Positions 27,641 through 37,755 of a stretch of 64,000 nucleotides of DNA are shown piece by piece. The position numbers and the translations under genes were made by a program. The DNA is taken from the IMG/VR virus record IMGVR_UViG_3300021959_000024. One strand, given 5' to 3'. How positions within the stretch are numbered: position 1 is the first letter of the stretch; every line of letters starts with the position of its first letter. Source of the DNA: an uncultured virus (IMG/VR IMGVR_UViG_3300021959_000024). Lineage: Duplodnaviria; Heunggongvirae; Uroviricota; Caudoviricetes. The notes beneath the pieces are model-generated. The model was not told the origin of the DNA. It saw nothing but the letters and a program-made list of their open reading frames with translations, and did not search any database.

Positions 27641-29078
27641 TAAAGTAAACGAAGTCTATATGTCAGTAGACTGTGATGGAGGGTCTTGTTGGGAACTTCA
27701 AGACTACTTTACGTTTACAGTGCCAGGTATGCAATTCATGCCACAGGTTAGAAATAAAATGTGGGATGGAAAAATAAGATTATTCAATCCATCAACCAAA
27801 CGAATTTACTCAGGGTTGTTACCTCATGTGCAAAGATTTGCATCCGAGAGAGGATATAATATAGTAATCGATCCTGCATACAATGATCAAGAATTTAGCT
27901 TAGCAGAAGCTAAAGAATTCGTTTCAACAATTGGTTTACCATTTGCGCCTCGTGATTATCAGTTGGACGCATTTGCTCATGCAGTAAAGAAAAGGCGTGC
28001 CTTGCTGTTATCACCAACAGCAAGTGGTAAATCTCTTATCATTTATATGTTATCAAAGTACTTAAACCAAAAGACTTTGATTATTGTACCGACAATATCA
28101 TTAGTACAACAGATGGCTGGCGACTTTAAGTCATACGGTTATAATGAATCAATGCATTGTATAACAGCTGGTGTTGAAAAAGAAACAAATGATTTAGTAA
28201 CTATTAGTACATGGCAGTCTATTCATAAGATGCCTCGAAAATGGTTTGAGCAGTTTGATGTTGTAATAGGCGATGAGGCCCACTTATTTAAAAGCAAGTC
28301 TCTAACAAGTATTATGACAAAAACAATCAACACCAAATATAAGTTTGGGTTTACAGGAACATTAGATGGAACACAAACACATAAGTTAGTACTAGAAGGT
28401 TTGTTTGGTGCAGTAGAAAAAGTAACAACAACTGATGAACTGATAAAGAAAGGAACCCTTGCTCAATTTAAAATTAAATGTTTAGAGTTACAGTATCCAG
28501 AAGAAGTTAAACGTACTCATGCCAATGATAAATACCAAGACGAAGTAGACTTTCTAGTTCGTAACGAAGCACGTAATCGCTTCCTTAGAAATTTAGCTTT
28601 GAGTTTAAACGGCAATACCCTCTTACTGTATCAGTTTGTTGACAAACATGGTAAGCCGCTATACAACGAAATTAAGAAAAAGATTAAAGACTCTGTAGAC
28701 AAAGATAGAAAAGTGTTTTTTGTCTCAGGCGAAGTCGACGGTCAAGCTAGAGAAGATATAAGAGGCATTGTAGAAAATGAAGACAATGCAATCATTGTGG
28801 CGAGCTTTGGTACTTTTAGTACTGGTGTTAACATTAAACGCCTGCACAATATTATATTCAGCTCTCCGAGTAAGTCCAGGATTAGAGTATTGCAATCTAT
28901 TGGTAGAGGACTTCGAAGAGGTGACAATAAACAACAAGCCACTTTGTTTGACATTGCGGATAACCTACAATGGAAATCTAAACGAAACTTCACGTTAGAA
29001 CATTTTGCGGAACGTATTAAAATGTATAACGAAGAAAAGTTTGATTACAAAATATACAAAGTGGATCTGAAAAAATGA
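27621..29078 (+). CDS. uvsW: DNA helicase UvsW
   Basis: WDGKIRLF, PTASGKS, DEAH, TGT, QSIGRGLR. Confidence 0.95.
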   Translation: METLIVSKVNEVYMSVDCDGGSCWELQDYFTFTVPGMQFMPQVRNKMWDGKIRLFNPSTKRIYSGLLPHVQRFASERGYNIVIDPAYNDQEFSLAEAKEFVSTIGLPFAPRDYQLDAFAHAVKKRRALLLSPTASGKSLIIYMLSKYLNQKTLIIVPTISLVQQMAGDFKSYGYNESMHCITAGVEKETNDLVTISTWQSIHKMPRKWFEQFDVVIGDEAHLFKSKSLTSIMTKTINTKYKFGFTGTLDGTQTHKLVLEGLFGAVEKVTTTDELIKKGTLAQFKIKCLELQYPEEVKRTHANDKYQDEVDFLVRNEARNRFLRNLALSLNGNTLLLYQFVDKHGKPLYNEIKKKIKDSVDKDRKVFFVSGEVDGQAREDIRGIVENEDNAIIVASFGTFSTGVNIKRLHNIIFSSPSKSRIRVLQSIGRGLRRGDNKQQATLFDIADNLQWKSKRNFTLEHFAERIKMYNEEKFDYKIYKVDLKK

Positions 29079-29473
29079 CAATAGCGTGTATCAAATTAAT
29101 TAGCGGTGAAGAATTGATAGCTGAAGTACAACAAGGATCCAATCCCTTAGATATCATTGTTCATAATCCTGTCGTAGTTCACAAACAACAGACAGCAATG
29201 GGTCCAATGATGACAGTATCACATTGGCTAATGTTCACAAAAGAGAACAAAGCCACTATTAATCGCAAGAACATCGTTGCCTTAGAAGTTGATTTAGAGG
29301 AGAATGCTATACAACACTACATGAAGTTTATCAATAACAAAGGGGAATTGAACCACTTGGATAACCAAGAAAAGTTAGATGAGCTTTTACATAAACTAGA
29401 TGAGTTAACAGGAGAAAATGTAATAGAAACTGATAATATGAATGAGCCAGAATCTAATACTACAATACACTAA
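29075..29473 (+). CDS. Conserved hypothetical protein (Sm-like N-terminus)
   Basis: IKLISGEELIAEV; usual position before gp55. Confidence 0.65.
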   Translation: MTIACIKLISGEELIAEVQQGSNPLDIIVHNPVVVHKQQTAMGPMMTVSHWLMFTKENKATINRKNIVALEVDLEENAIQHYMKFINNKGELNHLDNQEKLDELLHKLDELTGENVIETDNMNEPESNTTIH

Positions 29474-30042
29474 TGCCTAAGAAAAGATCCGAACATTACG
29501 TAGACAACAAAAAACTATATGCAGAGATGGTAGACTATCTGAATGCAGTAAAAGAAGCAGATGAGTCTGGCGACGACAAGCCAAGAATTCCAGAGTACAT
29601 TGGGGAGTGCTTGCTTAAGATTTCAACCCGTCTATCAACAAAACCTAACTTCATTAACTACACGTACCGTGATGAAATGATAAGCGACGGTATTGAAAAT
29701 TGCATAAACTACATACAAAACTTTAAACCAGATAAGTCGGACAATCCTTTTGCATACTTCACACAGATAATTTATTATGCTTTTTTAAGAAGAATTCAAA
29801 GAGAGAAAAAGCAGCTGTATATTAAACACAAGACATTAGAAAGAAGTCTAGTGTTAGATGAATTAGCATCACATAGTGATGCTGGGGCGCAGGGTGATCA
29901 AGGAGCATATGTTAATCTAGAAACTCCTTACATGGTTGACTTTGTAGAAAACTTTGAACGAAAAGAAGAAGAAAAGAAACAGGCTAGGAAGAAGAAGAAA
30001 GGCCTCGAGAATTTTGTAGATGACGAAACAACTGATAAATAA
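29473..30042 (+). CDS. gp55: Late-transcription sigma factor gp55
   Basis: HYVDNK, PNFINYTYRDEMISDGIENC, NPFAYFTQIIYYAFLRRIQREKKQ. Confidence 0.95.
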   Translation: MPKKRSEHYVDNKKLYAEMVDYLNAVKEADESGDDKPRIPEYIGECLLKISTRLSTKPNFINYTYRDEMISDGIENCINYIQNFKPDKSDNPFAYFTQIIYYAFLRRIQREKKQLYIKHKTLERSLVLDELASHSDAGAQGDQGAYVNLETPYMVDFVENFERKEEEKKQARKKKKGLENFVDDETTDK

Positions 30043-30069
30043 GCTACCTATTTTTGGGGAGTATGTATA

Positions 30070-31137
30070 ATGCGTGTGGCGTTAATCACTGACATGCATT
30101 TTGGAGCAAGAAATGACTCTAAAAGAGTACACGACCACTTCCAAAAATTTTATGACAATGTATTCTTTCCTGAAATCAAGAAGCGTGGAATTGATACTGT
30201 TATTGATCTTGGGGACACTTTTGATCGTAGGAAGTATATTAGCTTTACCTCATTAAAAAGAGCAAAGGAAATGTTCTTTCAACCGTTGCATGATGCTGGA
30301 ATTGATCTGCATGTTATTGTTGGCAACCATGATTCAGTTTATAAAAATACCTTAGAAGTTAATTCAATAGACTTGCTGCTAGAAGAGTATCCAAACATTA
30401 CAACATATGTTAGACCTGAAGTGATAGAAATGGACAACACAGAAATAATGTTGGTTCCATGGGTGTGTGATGCAAATGAAGAAGAAACGTTTGTTATGGC
30501 AGATAAAACTACTGCACAAATACTACTAGGTCACCTAGAGTTAGCAGGGTACCAAATGTATAAAGGTGGATTTATTGATCACGGTATATCGGACAACTGG
30601 CTAAAGAAATTTGACCTAGTTTGCAGCGGACATTATCACCACAAGTCAACTAATGGCAATGTTAACTATCTTGGGTGTCCGTATGAGATGACTTGGAGTG
30701 ACTACAACGATCAAAAAGGATTTCATATACTAGACACAGACTCAAGAACAATTGAATTTATACCTAATCCTCATACAATGTTTCATAAAGTGTGGTATGA
30801 TGATACTGGATTAGATATGCACGGTCTGTTAAAACAGACAGAACAGTTTGAGAATTACAAAGGCAAAGTAGTTAAGGTTATTATTAAGAATAAAGACAAT
30901 CCTACATTATTTGATTTGTACATAGAAAAATTAGAAGGATCCGATCCTTTGAACATTCAAGTGGTCCAAGACCACTTACACTTAGATGTTGAAGACGATG
31001 CAGACATCGTTGATGAAGCAGAAGATACATTAACAATATTAGATAACTATGTTACTAATTTAGACATAAAGAATGACAGGGTTGATCTACAAAAACTTTT
31101 AAGAGAGTTATATCAAGAAGCATTGCAAGTAAGTTAA
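30070..31137 (+). CDS. gp47: Recombination endonuclease gp47 (Mre11-like)
   Basis: TDMHFG, LGDTFD, VGNHD, GHLE, SGHYH. Confidence 0.95.
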   Translation: MRVALITDMHFGARNDSKRVHDHFQKFYDNVFFPEIKKRGIDTVIDLGDTFDRRKYISFTSLKRAKEMFFQPLHDAGIDLHVIVGNHDSVYKNTLEVNSIDLLLEEYPNITTYVRPEVIEMDNTEIMLVPWVCDANEEETFVMADKTTAQILLGHLELAGYQMYKGGFIDHGISDNWLKKFDLVCSGHYHHKSTNGNVNYLGCPYEMTWSDYNDQKGFHILDTDSRTIEFIPNPHTMFHKVWYDDTGLDMHGLLKQTEQFENYKGKVVKVIIKNKDNPTLFDLYIEKLEGSDPLNIQVVQDHLHLDVEDDADIVDEAEDTLTILDNYVTNLDIKNDRVDLQKLLRELYQEALQVS

Positions 31138-31141
31138 ATTT

Positions 31142-32857
31142 ATGATCATATTTGAAAAGGTTCGATGGAAGAATTTTCTATCGTATGGAAATAGTTGGTG
31201 TGAGTTAGACCTCAATAAACATAAAGATACATTAATCATTGGAGAGAACGGAGCTGGTAAGTCTACGTTCTTAGATGCATTGTCATATGCATTGTACATG
31301 AAGCCGTTTAGAAAAGTTAACAATCCTCAACTTGTTAATTCAATTAATAAGAAGCACCTAAAGGTAGAAGTTGAATTTAAGGTTGGAGGTAATCACTATA
31401 AAGTAGTGAGAGGCCACGCACCAAGACTATTTGAGGTCTATCAGAACGGCGATCTACTAAACCAAGATGCCCATACAAAAGACTATCAGAAAGTACTAGA
31501 ACAAAGTATCCTAAAAATGAGCTACAAATCATTTACACAGATTGTAGTTTTAGGTAGTAGAAACTTCGTCCCTTTCATGCAATTGTCTGGAGCTGATAGA
31601 AGAACAGTGATTGAAGATTTACTTGACATTCAAATCTTTAGTACCATGGCTTCTTTGTTAAAAGACAAGCTAGCAGACAATAGATCACAGCTACAACAGG
31701 TAGATTATGATGTGAATCTGTTAGAAGAAAAAATTACAATTCAAAATCAATATCTTGAAGATATTGCTAAAGATAAGAAACAACAGCTAAATAAGATCAA
31801 GCTACAGATTAAAGAAAAACAAGATAAGGTATCTGAGTTACAATCAGAACTAGCTCTTGTTGAAGGTCATGCAAAAGAGTTGTTAGAGCAGTGTGCACCG
31901 TTAGAGTCTGTTTCTCAACGTGTGCAACAATTGATTGCACTTGAAGGACAAATTGAGTCCAAGATTACTAAACTGAAAAGGCAATTAAAGTTCTATGAAG
32001 ACAACAGCGACTGTCCGACGTGCGGACAAGAAATTGATGACGAGTTCAAAAGACAAGTCACAGATGAGACTGACTCCTCTATCACGGAGACAGAAACAGG
32101 TCTTACGCAACTTGAGACACAAATCCAAACTCAGTCCGCTAGAATATCAGATCTTAAGAGAATACAGGATGAGGCTACGGAAGCAGAAAGAAATGCAGGC
32201 CGTCTTAAAGCAGAAATCTCATCCATCAATTCGGTTATTGAGGGTATGGAGAAGGAAGTTGAAGAGAGCACTTCGGAGAACAACAATTCAGACCATGCAG
32301 CTACTAAGGTTCAAGAACTCACGGACGAGTTAGAAATAACTCAAAAGAGAAAAGTTGCACTAAGACAACAACAGACTGTTTTTAATACTGCTCAAGTGTT
32401 ATTGAAAGACACAGGTATTAAATCAAAAATTATTAAACAATATGTTCCTGTGATGAACAAGCTAATTAACAAATACTTAGCTGCTATGGAATTCTTTGTT
32501 GACTTCCATTTGGATGAAGACTTCAAAGAAACAATTAGGTCACGTCATAGAGACGATTTTGCATACGCATCATTCTCTGAAGGAGAAAAGATGAGGATTG
32601 ACCTATCGTTATTGTTTACATGGAGAGCCATTGCTAAGTTAAAGAACAGTGCATCTACTAATATACTGATCATGGATGAGATTTTTGATAGCAGTCTCGA
32701 TGCATCAGGTACAGATGAGTTCTTAAAAATCATAAAAGAGTTGACTTCAGATACAAGTATCGTTATAATATCTCACAAGACAGACCAACTTCTCGATAAG
32801 TTTTCTAATGTAGTTAGATTCGAGAAGCATAAGAACTTCTCAAGGATTGCAGAATGA
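31142..32857 (+). CDS. gp46: Recombination ATPase gp46 (Rad50-like)
   Basis: KNFLSYGN, GENGAGKS, CPTC hook, FSEGEK, DEIFD, ISH. Confidence 0.95.
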   Translation: MIIFEKVRWKNFLSYGNSWCELDLNKHKDTLIIGENGAGKSTFLDALSYALYMKPFRKVNNPQLVNSINKKHLKVEVEFKVGGNHYKVVRGHAPRLFEVYQNGDLLNQDAHTKDYQKVLEQSILKMSYKSFTQIVVLGSRNFVPFMQLSGADRRTVIEDLLDIQIFSTMASLLKDKLADNRSQLQQVDYDVNLLEEKITIQNQYLEDIAKDKKQQLNKIKLQIKEKQDKVSELQSELALVEGHAKELLEQCAPLESVSQRVQQLIALEGQIESKITKLKRQLKFYEDNSDCPTCGQEIDDEFKRQVTDETDSSITETETGLTQLETQIQTQSARISDLKRIQDEATEAERNAGRLKAEISSINSVIEGMEKEVEESTSENNNSDHAATKVQELTDELEITQKRKVALRQQQTVFNTAQVLLKDTGIKSKIIKQYVPVMNKLINKYLAAMEFFVDFHLDEDFKETIRSRHRDDFAYASFSEGEKMRIDLSLLFTWRAIAKLKNSASTNILIMDEIFDSSLDASGTDEFLKIIKELTSDTSIVIISHKTDQLLDKFSNVVRFEKHKNFSRIAE

Positions 32858-33408
32858 CAGATAAAGAATTTAAGAAAAAGTATAATCTAGTTGAATCATC
32901 ACATTCATTGCTGAGAACTAAACTAGAGAAGTTTGATTTCAACAATCCGCCTGTAGATCCAGTAGAGCTTGGAACAGATATGTTAGCTCATATGAGATAC
33001 TATGGAGGGATAGGTTTATCAGCTAATCAATTAGGATTACCATATCGTGTATTCGTAATGGAAGGAGAGCCTGGTTTTGTTTGTTTCAATCCAGCGATTA
33101 CTGCTTCTGCTGGTGAAGATATTTTGTTAGATGAAGGTTGTCTAACATTCCCTGGTTTCTATCTCAAGAAGAGAAGACCAGAAATGATAAGAGTTAGATT
33201 TATGGATCCATATGGCAACCCTTGTGTAAAGAAATTTAATGGTATGAGCGCTAGATGTTTTCAGCATGAGTTAGAACATCTTGAGGGTGGCAACTTTATG
33301 GAAGGCGTTAGCGATCTTGTACTACAAAGAGCTAAAGATAAACAAAGGAAACTTTTACGTCAATTGAGAAAGCGTACCAGGGACCTTAAGAAGGTAAAAA
33401 ATAAATGA
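32854..33408 (+). CDS. def: Peptide deformylase
   Basis: GIGLSANQ, EGCLT, QHELEHL motifs. Confidence 0.92.
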   Translation: MTDKEFKKKYNLVESSHSLLRTKLEKFDFNNPPVDPVELGTDMLAHMRYYGGIGLSANQLGLPYRVFVMEGEPGFVCFNPAITASAGEDILLDEGCLTFPGFYLKKRRPEMIRVRFMDPYGNPCVKKFNGMSARCFQHELEHLEGGNFMEGVSDLVLQRAKDKQRKLLRQLRKRTRDLKKVKNK

Positions 33409-34343
33409 GACCAATAGCATATTCAGAAATATTTCATTCGATTCAAGGAGAGGGATACTATACCGGTGTGCCTAGTACATGGTTGAGGTTCTTCTTATGC
33501 AATCTACAATGCGATGGGTTTGGTCAAGATGACCCGACTAATCCAGATACATATGACCTACCATACCAATCAATTGAAGTAAAAGATATCACTAAGATAG
33601 AAGACTTGCCTGTATGGGAGAAGGGCTGTGACTCATCATACTCGTGGTCTAAGAAGTTTAAACACTTACAGCATAAACATACAGCAAGAGAGATTGGTGC
33701 CTTATTAACAGATGCTAATAAGAACGAGTATAATCCTGAAGGCATGTGGACACATCCGGTGTCAGGACAGACGACTCACTTATGTATTACTGGTGGCGAA
33801 CCATTAATGAAGCATGCACAGAAAGCCTTTGTTGAGATATGGGGCGAGAAGTTTAGAGGTAATTTAGTAGGATGGAAGCCAATGGATGTAACATGGGAAA
33901 CTAATGGTACACAAGAGCTTACAGATGACTTCTTTAACTATGTAGGCAATCCTGGTGTATTCACACCTCGTCCATTTATATCCTGCTCACCTAAACTATT
34001 TACAGTATCAGGTGAAGATCCAAAGAGAGCTATCAAACCAGACTTTGTAGCTAAGTACAATGACATGGTGAGAAGAAACAATAGGACACATACAGACATT
34101 CCACATGGACAGCTCAAGTTTGTACTAGGACCTAAGAAAGAACAATGGGAAGAATTAGATGATGTTATTAGCCAGTTTAGAGCAGCTGGCGTGGACTGGC
34201 CGGTGTGGATAATGCCTGTAGGTGCAACACTTGAAGGACAAGCATTGTGCGATGGTGATGTAGCTAAGATGGCACAGAGCCGAGGATACAATGTATCTGC
34301 TAGGGTTCACACATACCTTTATGGTAATGAGATAGGAGTATAA
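33405..34343 (+). CDS. queE: 7-carboxy-7-deazaguanine synthase (radical SAM)
   Basis: SEIFHSIQGEG..TG.P, CNLQC...CDS, ITGGEPL, ETNG, SPKL, R.H. Confidence 0.9.
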   Translation: MRPIAYSEIFHSIQGEGYYTGVPSTWLRFFLCNLQCDGFGQDDPTNPDTYDLPYQSIEVKDITKIEDLPVWEKGCDSSYSWSKKFKHLQHKHTAREIGALLTDANKNEYNPEGMWTHPVSGQTTHLCITGGEPLMKHAQKAFVEIWGEKFRGNLVGWKPMDVTWETNGTQELTDDFFNYVGNPGVFTPRPFISCSPKLFTVSGEDPKRAIKPDFVAKYNDMVRRNNRTHTDIPHGQLKFVLGPKKEQWEELDDVISQFRAAGVDWPVWIMPVGATLEGQALCDGDVAKMAQSRGYNVSARVHTYLYGNEIGV

Positions 34344-34344
34344 A

Positions 34345-34929
34345 ATGTTTTCACCACTTATATTAATGGGCAAGTATGTAACAAAATTAGATGGTATTGA
34401 TAACGATGCTATCAACGAGGTAGTCTTAGCAAGAAAAGATATGAAGCTAGATGATGCTATCGGTAATACGTTTCAAGAAGATAGCTTCTTTCCTACAGAC
34501 AATCCTGCTTGCAAGACTTTGCTTGAAAAAGTAGATAAAGTAATTAAGAATAACGTTAACTCTTATTTTAAAACACAGCAACAATGGGCACATATATTAT
34601 TTCCAAATGAATCAACAATGTATCATTCACATGCCAACCCAAGTAATCCACCTGGTGTCTCTTGGGTATACTATAGTAAAACAAGTCCTAAATGTGGAAA
34701 TATTGTGTGGACTTTTGATGTGTGTTGTAAGAAAGTAATGATGGAGGAGCAGCCCGAAGTAGGAACACTGATTATATTTCCTGACTTCGTCCCTCACTTT
34801 ACTAAGAAAAATGTTAGTGGTGATGTTAGAATATCTATCAGTGGAAATGCAATACCACCTGAAAGCGATTGGCCTCAAGCTGCAAAGGATCCGCAAAATG
34901 TTTTCAGTTATATAGGAGTTACAGAATAA
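34345..34929 (+). CDS. 2OG-Fe(II) oxygenase-like protein
   Basis: HSH, SWVYY, G.LIIFP..VPH, RISISGN. Confidence 0.75.
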   Translation: MFSPLILMGKYVTKLDGIDNDAINEVVLARKDMKLDDAIGNTFQEDSFFPTDNPACKTLLEKVDKVIKNNVNSYFKTQQQWAHILFPNESTMYHSHANPSNPPGVSWVYYSKTSPKCGNIVWTFDVCCKKVMMEEQPEVGTLIIFPDFVPHFTKKNVSGDVRISISGNAIPPESDWPQAAKDPQNVFSYIGVTE

Positions 34930-34936
34930 TAAGATC

Positions 34937-35143
34937 ATGCCAGTGAAGTTTGGAAAATCAGCAAGAAAGTTTATAAAAGGTAGAGGAAAGACGTTTGAAT
35001 TTACCCATAACTATATTAAACAGAAAACAGTGGACGAGCTGTTTGAAACAATAAACAAGACAGGGATAAACAAAAAGTTAAGAGTCAAGTGTATTCGTGA
35101 ACTTGATCGAAGAAAAGTAAATTATGTTTGGAGCAAAAAGTAA
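34937..35143 (+). CDS. Small basic hypothetical protein
   Basis: AGGAG upstream; 68 aa, Lys-rich. Confidence 0.6.
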   Translation: MPVKFGKSARKFIKGRGKTFEFTHNYIKQKTVDELFETINKTGINKKLRVKCIRELDRRKVNYVWSKK

Positions 35144-35613
35144 TGAAGAAGAGATTTTTGAGTGGCAAAACTTATACACACAGCACTGGCCACAGCTGTG
35201 CATTTAGACAATGGAGAGCAGATAGTCATTGTAATCTAATACATGGTTATGCTCTTCAATTTGAACTTATATTTGGATCAAAAGATTTAGATGAAAAGAA
35301 TTGGGTAGTAGACTTTGGTGGTCTAAAAGAACTAAAAGAATGGTTAAAGCATATGTTTGATCATACTTACTTAGTTGCTAAAGATGATCCAGAGATGGAT
35401 ACTGTTTTACTTTTGGAAGACAGAAACCTTATTGATATGCGATTAGTTGATGCTGTTGGTTGTGAGAGATTTGCAGAGTTGACTTTTGATAAAGCATCTA
35501 GTATAATAGCAGACAAGTATGGAGATAGATGTTGGGTTGAAAGTGTTACAGTTAGAGAACACGAGTCTAACTCCGCAACATGTATCAATATGGAGAAACC
35601 AATAAATGCCTAA
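35143..35613 (+). CDS. queD: 6-carboxytetrahydropterin synthase
   Basis: HC.LIHGY, WVVDFG.LK, FDH, GCE, V.EH..NSA. Confidence 0.88.
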   Translation: MKKRFLSGKTYTHSTGHSCAFRQWRADSHCNLIHGYALQFELIFGSKDLDEKNWVVDFGGLKELKEWLKHMFDHTYLVAKDDPEMDTVLLLEDRNLIDMRLVDAVGCERFAELTFDKASSIIADKYGDRCWVESVTVREHESNSATCINMEKPINA

Positions 35614-36529
35614 TATAGATTATTCAAAGAAAATGCCAGATACGATCTTCACGTATGATGAAGACTTTTACACTGACGATTTACCAGATCCTCAAATTGA
35701 TCCAGTCTTACCTGGAGCGAGAGTGCCTCTTAAGAAAGTTGGTATTGCGCCTGTAGATTTACCTGTAAGATTGAGAAGTCGTAGTGGTGGCGAAGATAAA
35801 CTTCTCCAAGCAGAAGCTAGTCTATATTGTTCTTTGGATGATCCAATGGCTAAAGGTCTTAACCTATCAAGACTATATCTCATTATGCATGAGAAGATCA
35901 AAGATCAACTATCATTAGATGGTATGGAAGCAGCTATCAAAGAGCTAGCCGAAAAGCAAGGATCTAAGAATGCATATTGTAAACTTAGATTTAAATATCC
36001 TATGTACCAAGAAGCACTTAGATCAAAAGGGCTTAAAGGACATATTGCATACAAGACAGAATTAGAGGGTCAATATCGTGATGGAGATTATAGATGGTTT
36101 CTTACTATTGATTATGTGTATTCTAGTACTTGTCCTTGTTCTTTCGAGTTGGCGCACGACGCGCGCACGAAGAGACAAGCGGCTGCTAACGCACATAGTC
36201 AAAGATCAATTCTCAAAGTTAAAGTAGCATTCAATAGAAGCAACGATAATATTGTTTGGATTGAAGATTTAGTTGATCTGTGTAGAGAGTATATTCCTAC
36301 AGAAGTACAGATTGTTGTTAAGAGAAGAGACGAGCAAGCGTTTGCAGAATTAAATGGTGCTAACTTATTGTTCTCAGAAGATGCTGTTAGAATTGTACAC
36401 GAAGCATTGGACGGTTGGGTTGACAAAGGTAAGATTGATGACTTTAGTGTTGTTGCATCTCATGAAGAGTCATTGCATCCTTGGAATGCTATTGCTGTAT
36501 CAGTTGGAGGATATGGAATACTATCATGA
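35606..36529 (+). CDS. folE2: GTP cyclohydrolase IB
   Basis: KVGI..V.LP, KGLNLSR, STCPCS, AHSQRS, VKR.DEQ, FSEDAVR, ESLH. Confidence 0.92.
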   Translation: MPNIDYSKKMPDTIFTYDEDFYTDDLPDPQIDPVLPGARVPLKKVGIAPVDLPVRLRSRSGGEDKLLQAEASLYCSLDDPMAKGLNLSRLYLIMHEKIKDQLSLDGMEAAIKELAEKQGSKNAYCKLRFKYPMYQEALRSKGLKGHIAYKTELEGQYRDGDYRWFLTIDYVYSSTCPCSFELAHDARTKRQAAANAHSQRSILKVKVAFNRSNDNIVWIEDLVDLCREYIPTEVQIVVKRRDEQAFAELNGANLLFSEDAVRIVHEALDGWVDKGKIDDFSVVASHEESLHPWNAIAVSVGGYGILS

Positions 36530-36930
36530 TCCCTATTGATAAACCAGTATTAGTTTGCGCAAAGAATAAAAAGAGTCTAGTTGAAGTTGAAAGATATGAA
36601 GATGAAAACTATAATGAAATTACAGTAACGACTCTTTGGAGAAACGGGGAGTTTCAAATTACATGCGACAGCCTAAAGGAAGCTAGACTACTTCAAGATT
36701 ACTTTAATTGTAAAGATGGTACAGAGATAAATCTGTATCAAGAATTTTCAGATGTAGAGATGCATGGTACCTTTGATGGTATTAGTGTAGATTTTGAAGG
36801 CGATTGTGAATTGCTAGAAGAAGCACAAGAGACTGATGATGACTTTTATTATTCTACATGGTTAGAAGAAAATGGTTATGAACATACAGATACTGAATAT
36901 TACATTTATGGGCCAGTGGAGTACGTGTGA
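36526..36930 (+). CDS. Acidic hypothetical protein
   Basis: ATGA overlap with folE2; GGAGG upstream. Confidence 0.6.
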   Translation: MIPIDKPVLVCAKNKKSLVEVERYEDENYNEITVTTLWRNGEFQITCDSLKEARLLQDYFNCKDGTEINLYQEFSDVEMHGTFDGISVDFEGDCELLEEAQETDDDFYYSTWLEENGYEHTDTEYYIYGPVEYV

Positions 36931-37100
36931 TTGAATTGGATGTACAAGTAGGCGATACCATTATGGTAGGTAAGTTTAAAAACAAAAGAGTAACCGTGGA
37001 GTCAATCGAATACGATGAGTTTGGAATGCCTATCATTAACGGAAGTCCAGCATGTACATTCAGAATGGTTCCTAAACCGAGGAAAGATGATGAGAAATAA
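36927..37100 (+). CDS. 57-aa conserved phage hypothetical protein (not in ORF track)
   Basis: GTG start after GGAG; MIELDVQVGDTIMVGKFKNKRVTVESIEYDEFGMPIINGSPACTFRMVPKPRKDDEK. Confidence 0.6.
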   Translation: MIELDVQVGDTIMVGKFKNKRVTVESIEYDEFGMPIINGSPACTFRMVPKPRKDDEK

Positions 37101-37464
37101 TTTGACTACAGAGCAAAGTTTTATATGGGTGACATTTCAGAAAGAAGGCATCCACAAATATCCCGCCGCACTAGAAGACCCTAAGCTAGCAGATGTTAGT
37201 TTTCTAGGGTATCCGCACAGACACATATTCCATTTCAGAGTAGAACTGGAAGTGTTCCACGACGATAGAGATGTTGAGTTCATCCTATTCAAAAGAGAGT
37301 TAGAGTCTCTCTACAACGAAAACACATTGCAATTAGATTACAAATCATGCGAGATGATAGCTGAAGATTTAGCTAAATACATACAAGACAAGTATCCTGG
37401 CAGAGGTCTCGCTATAGAAGTTTCAGAAGACAACGAGAACGGGTGCAGGTTAATATGGAATTAG
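37087..37464 (+). CDS. dpdL: T-fold QueD paralogue, DpdL-like (predicted CDG decarboxylase)
   Basis: LGYPHRHIF (LxxxHRHxF), RDVEF, SCEMIAE, VSEDNENG; sits within the que cluster. Confidence 0.65.
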   Translation: MMRNNLTTEQSFIWVTFQKEGIHKYPAALEDPKLADVSFLGYPHRHIFHFRVELEVFHDDRDVEFILFKRELESLYNENTLQLDYKSCEMIAEDLAKYIQDKYPGRGLAIEVSEDNENGCRLIWN

Positions 37465-37465
37465 T

Positions 37466-37732
37466 ATGCAAAAATTTTCCGATTTCTTGGAACAAGAACA
37501 ACTTAAACCGAACACTATTGTATGTAGAGGAAACGCCTCAGGCAATCAATGGGAAGTGAAGTCCTGTGGCAAAAATGCTATGGGGTTTTTGAGACCAGGT
37601 ACTAATCTAACTAACGATCAGATTGAAGACCTAAAAAATAAAAAGTGGGACGTCAGATATGCTGACGAGATAACACCTAAGAGCGATGGACCTACATCGT
37701 CAGGTAAAGCTGGAGTGCCACAGAAAGATTAA
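37466..37732 (+). CDS. Hypothetical protein
   Basis: 88-aa ORF in the operon. Confidence 0.55.
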   Translation: MQKFSDFLEQEQLKPNTIVCRGNASGNQWEVKSCGKNAMGFLRPGTNLTNDQIEDLKNKKWDVRYADEITPKSDGPTSSGKAGVPQKD

Positions 37733-37755
37733 TTATATCATGGAGAAATTATATT

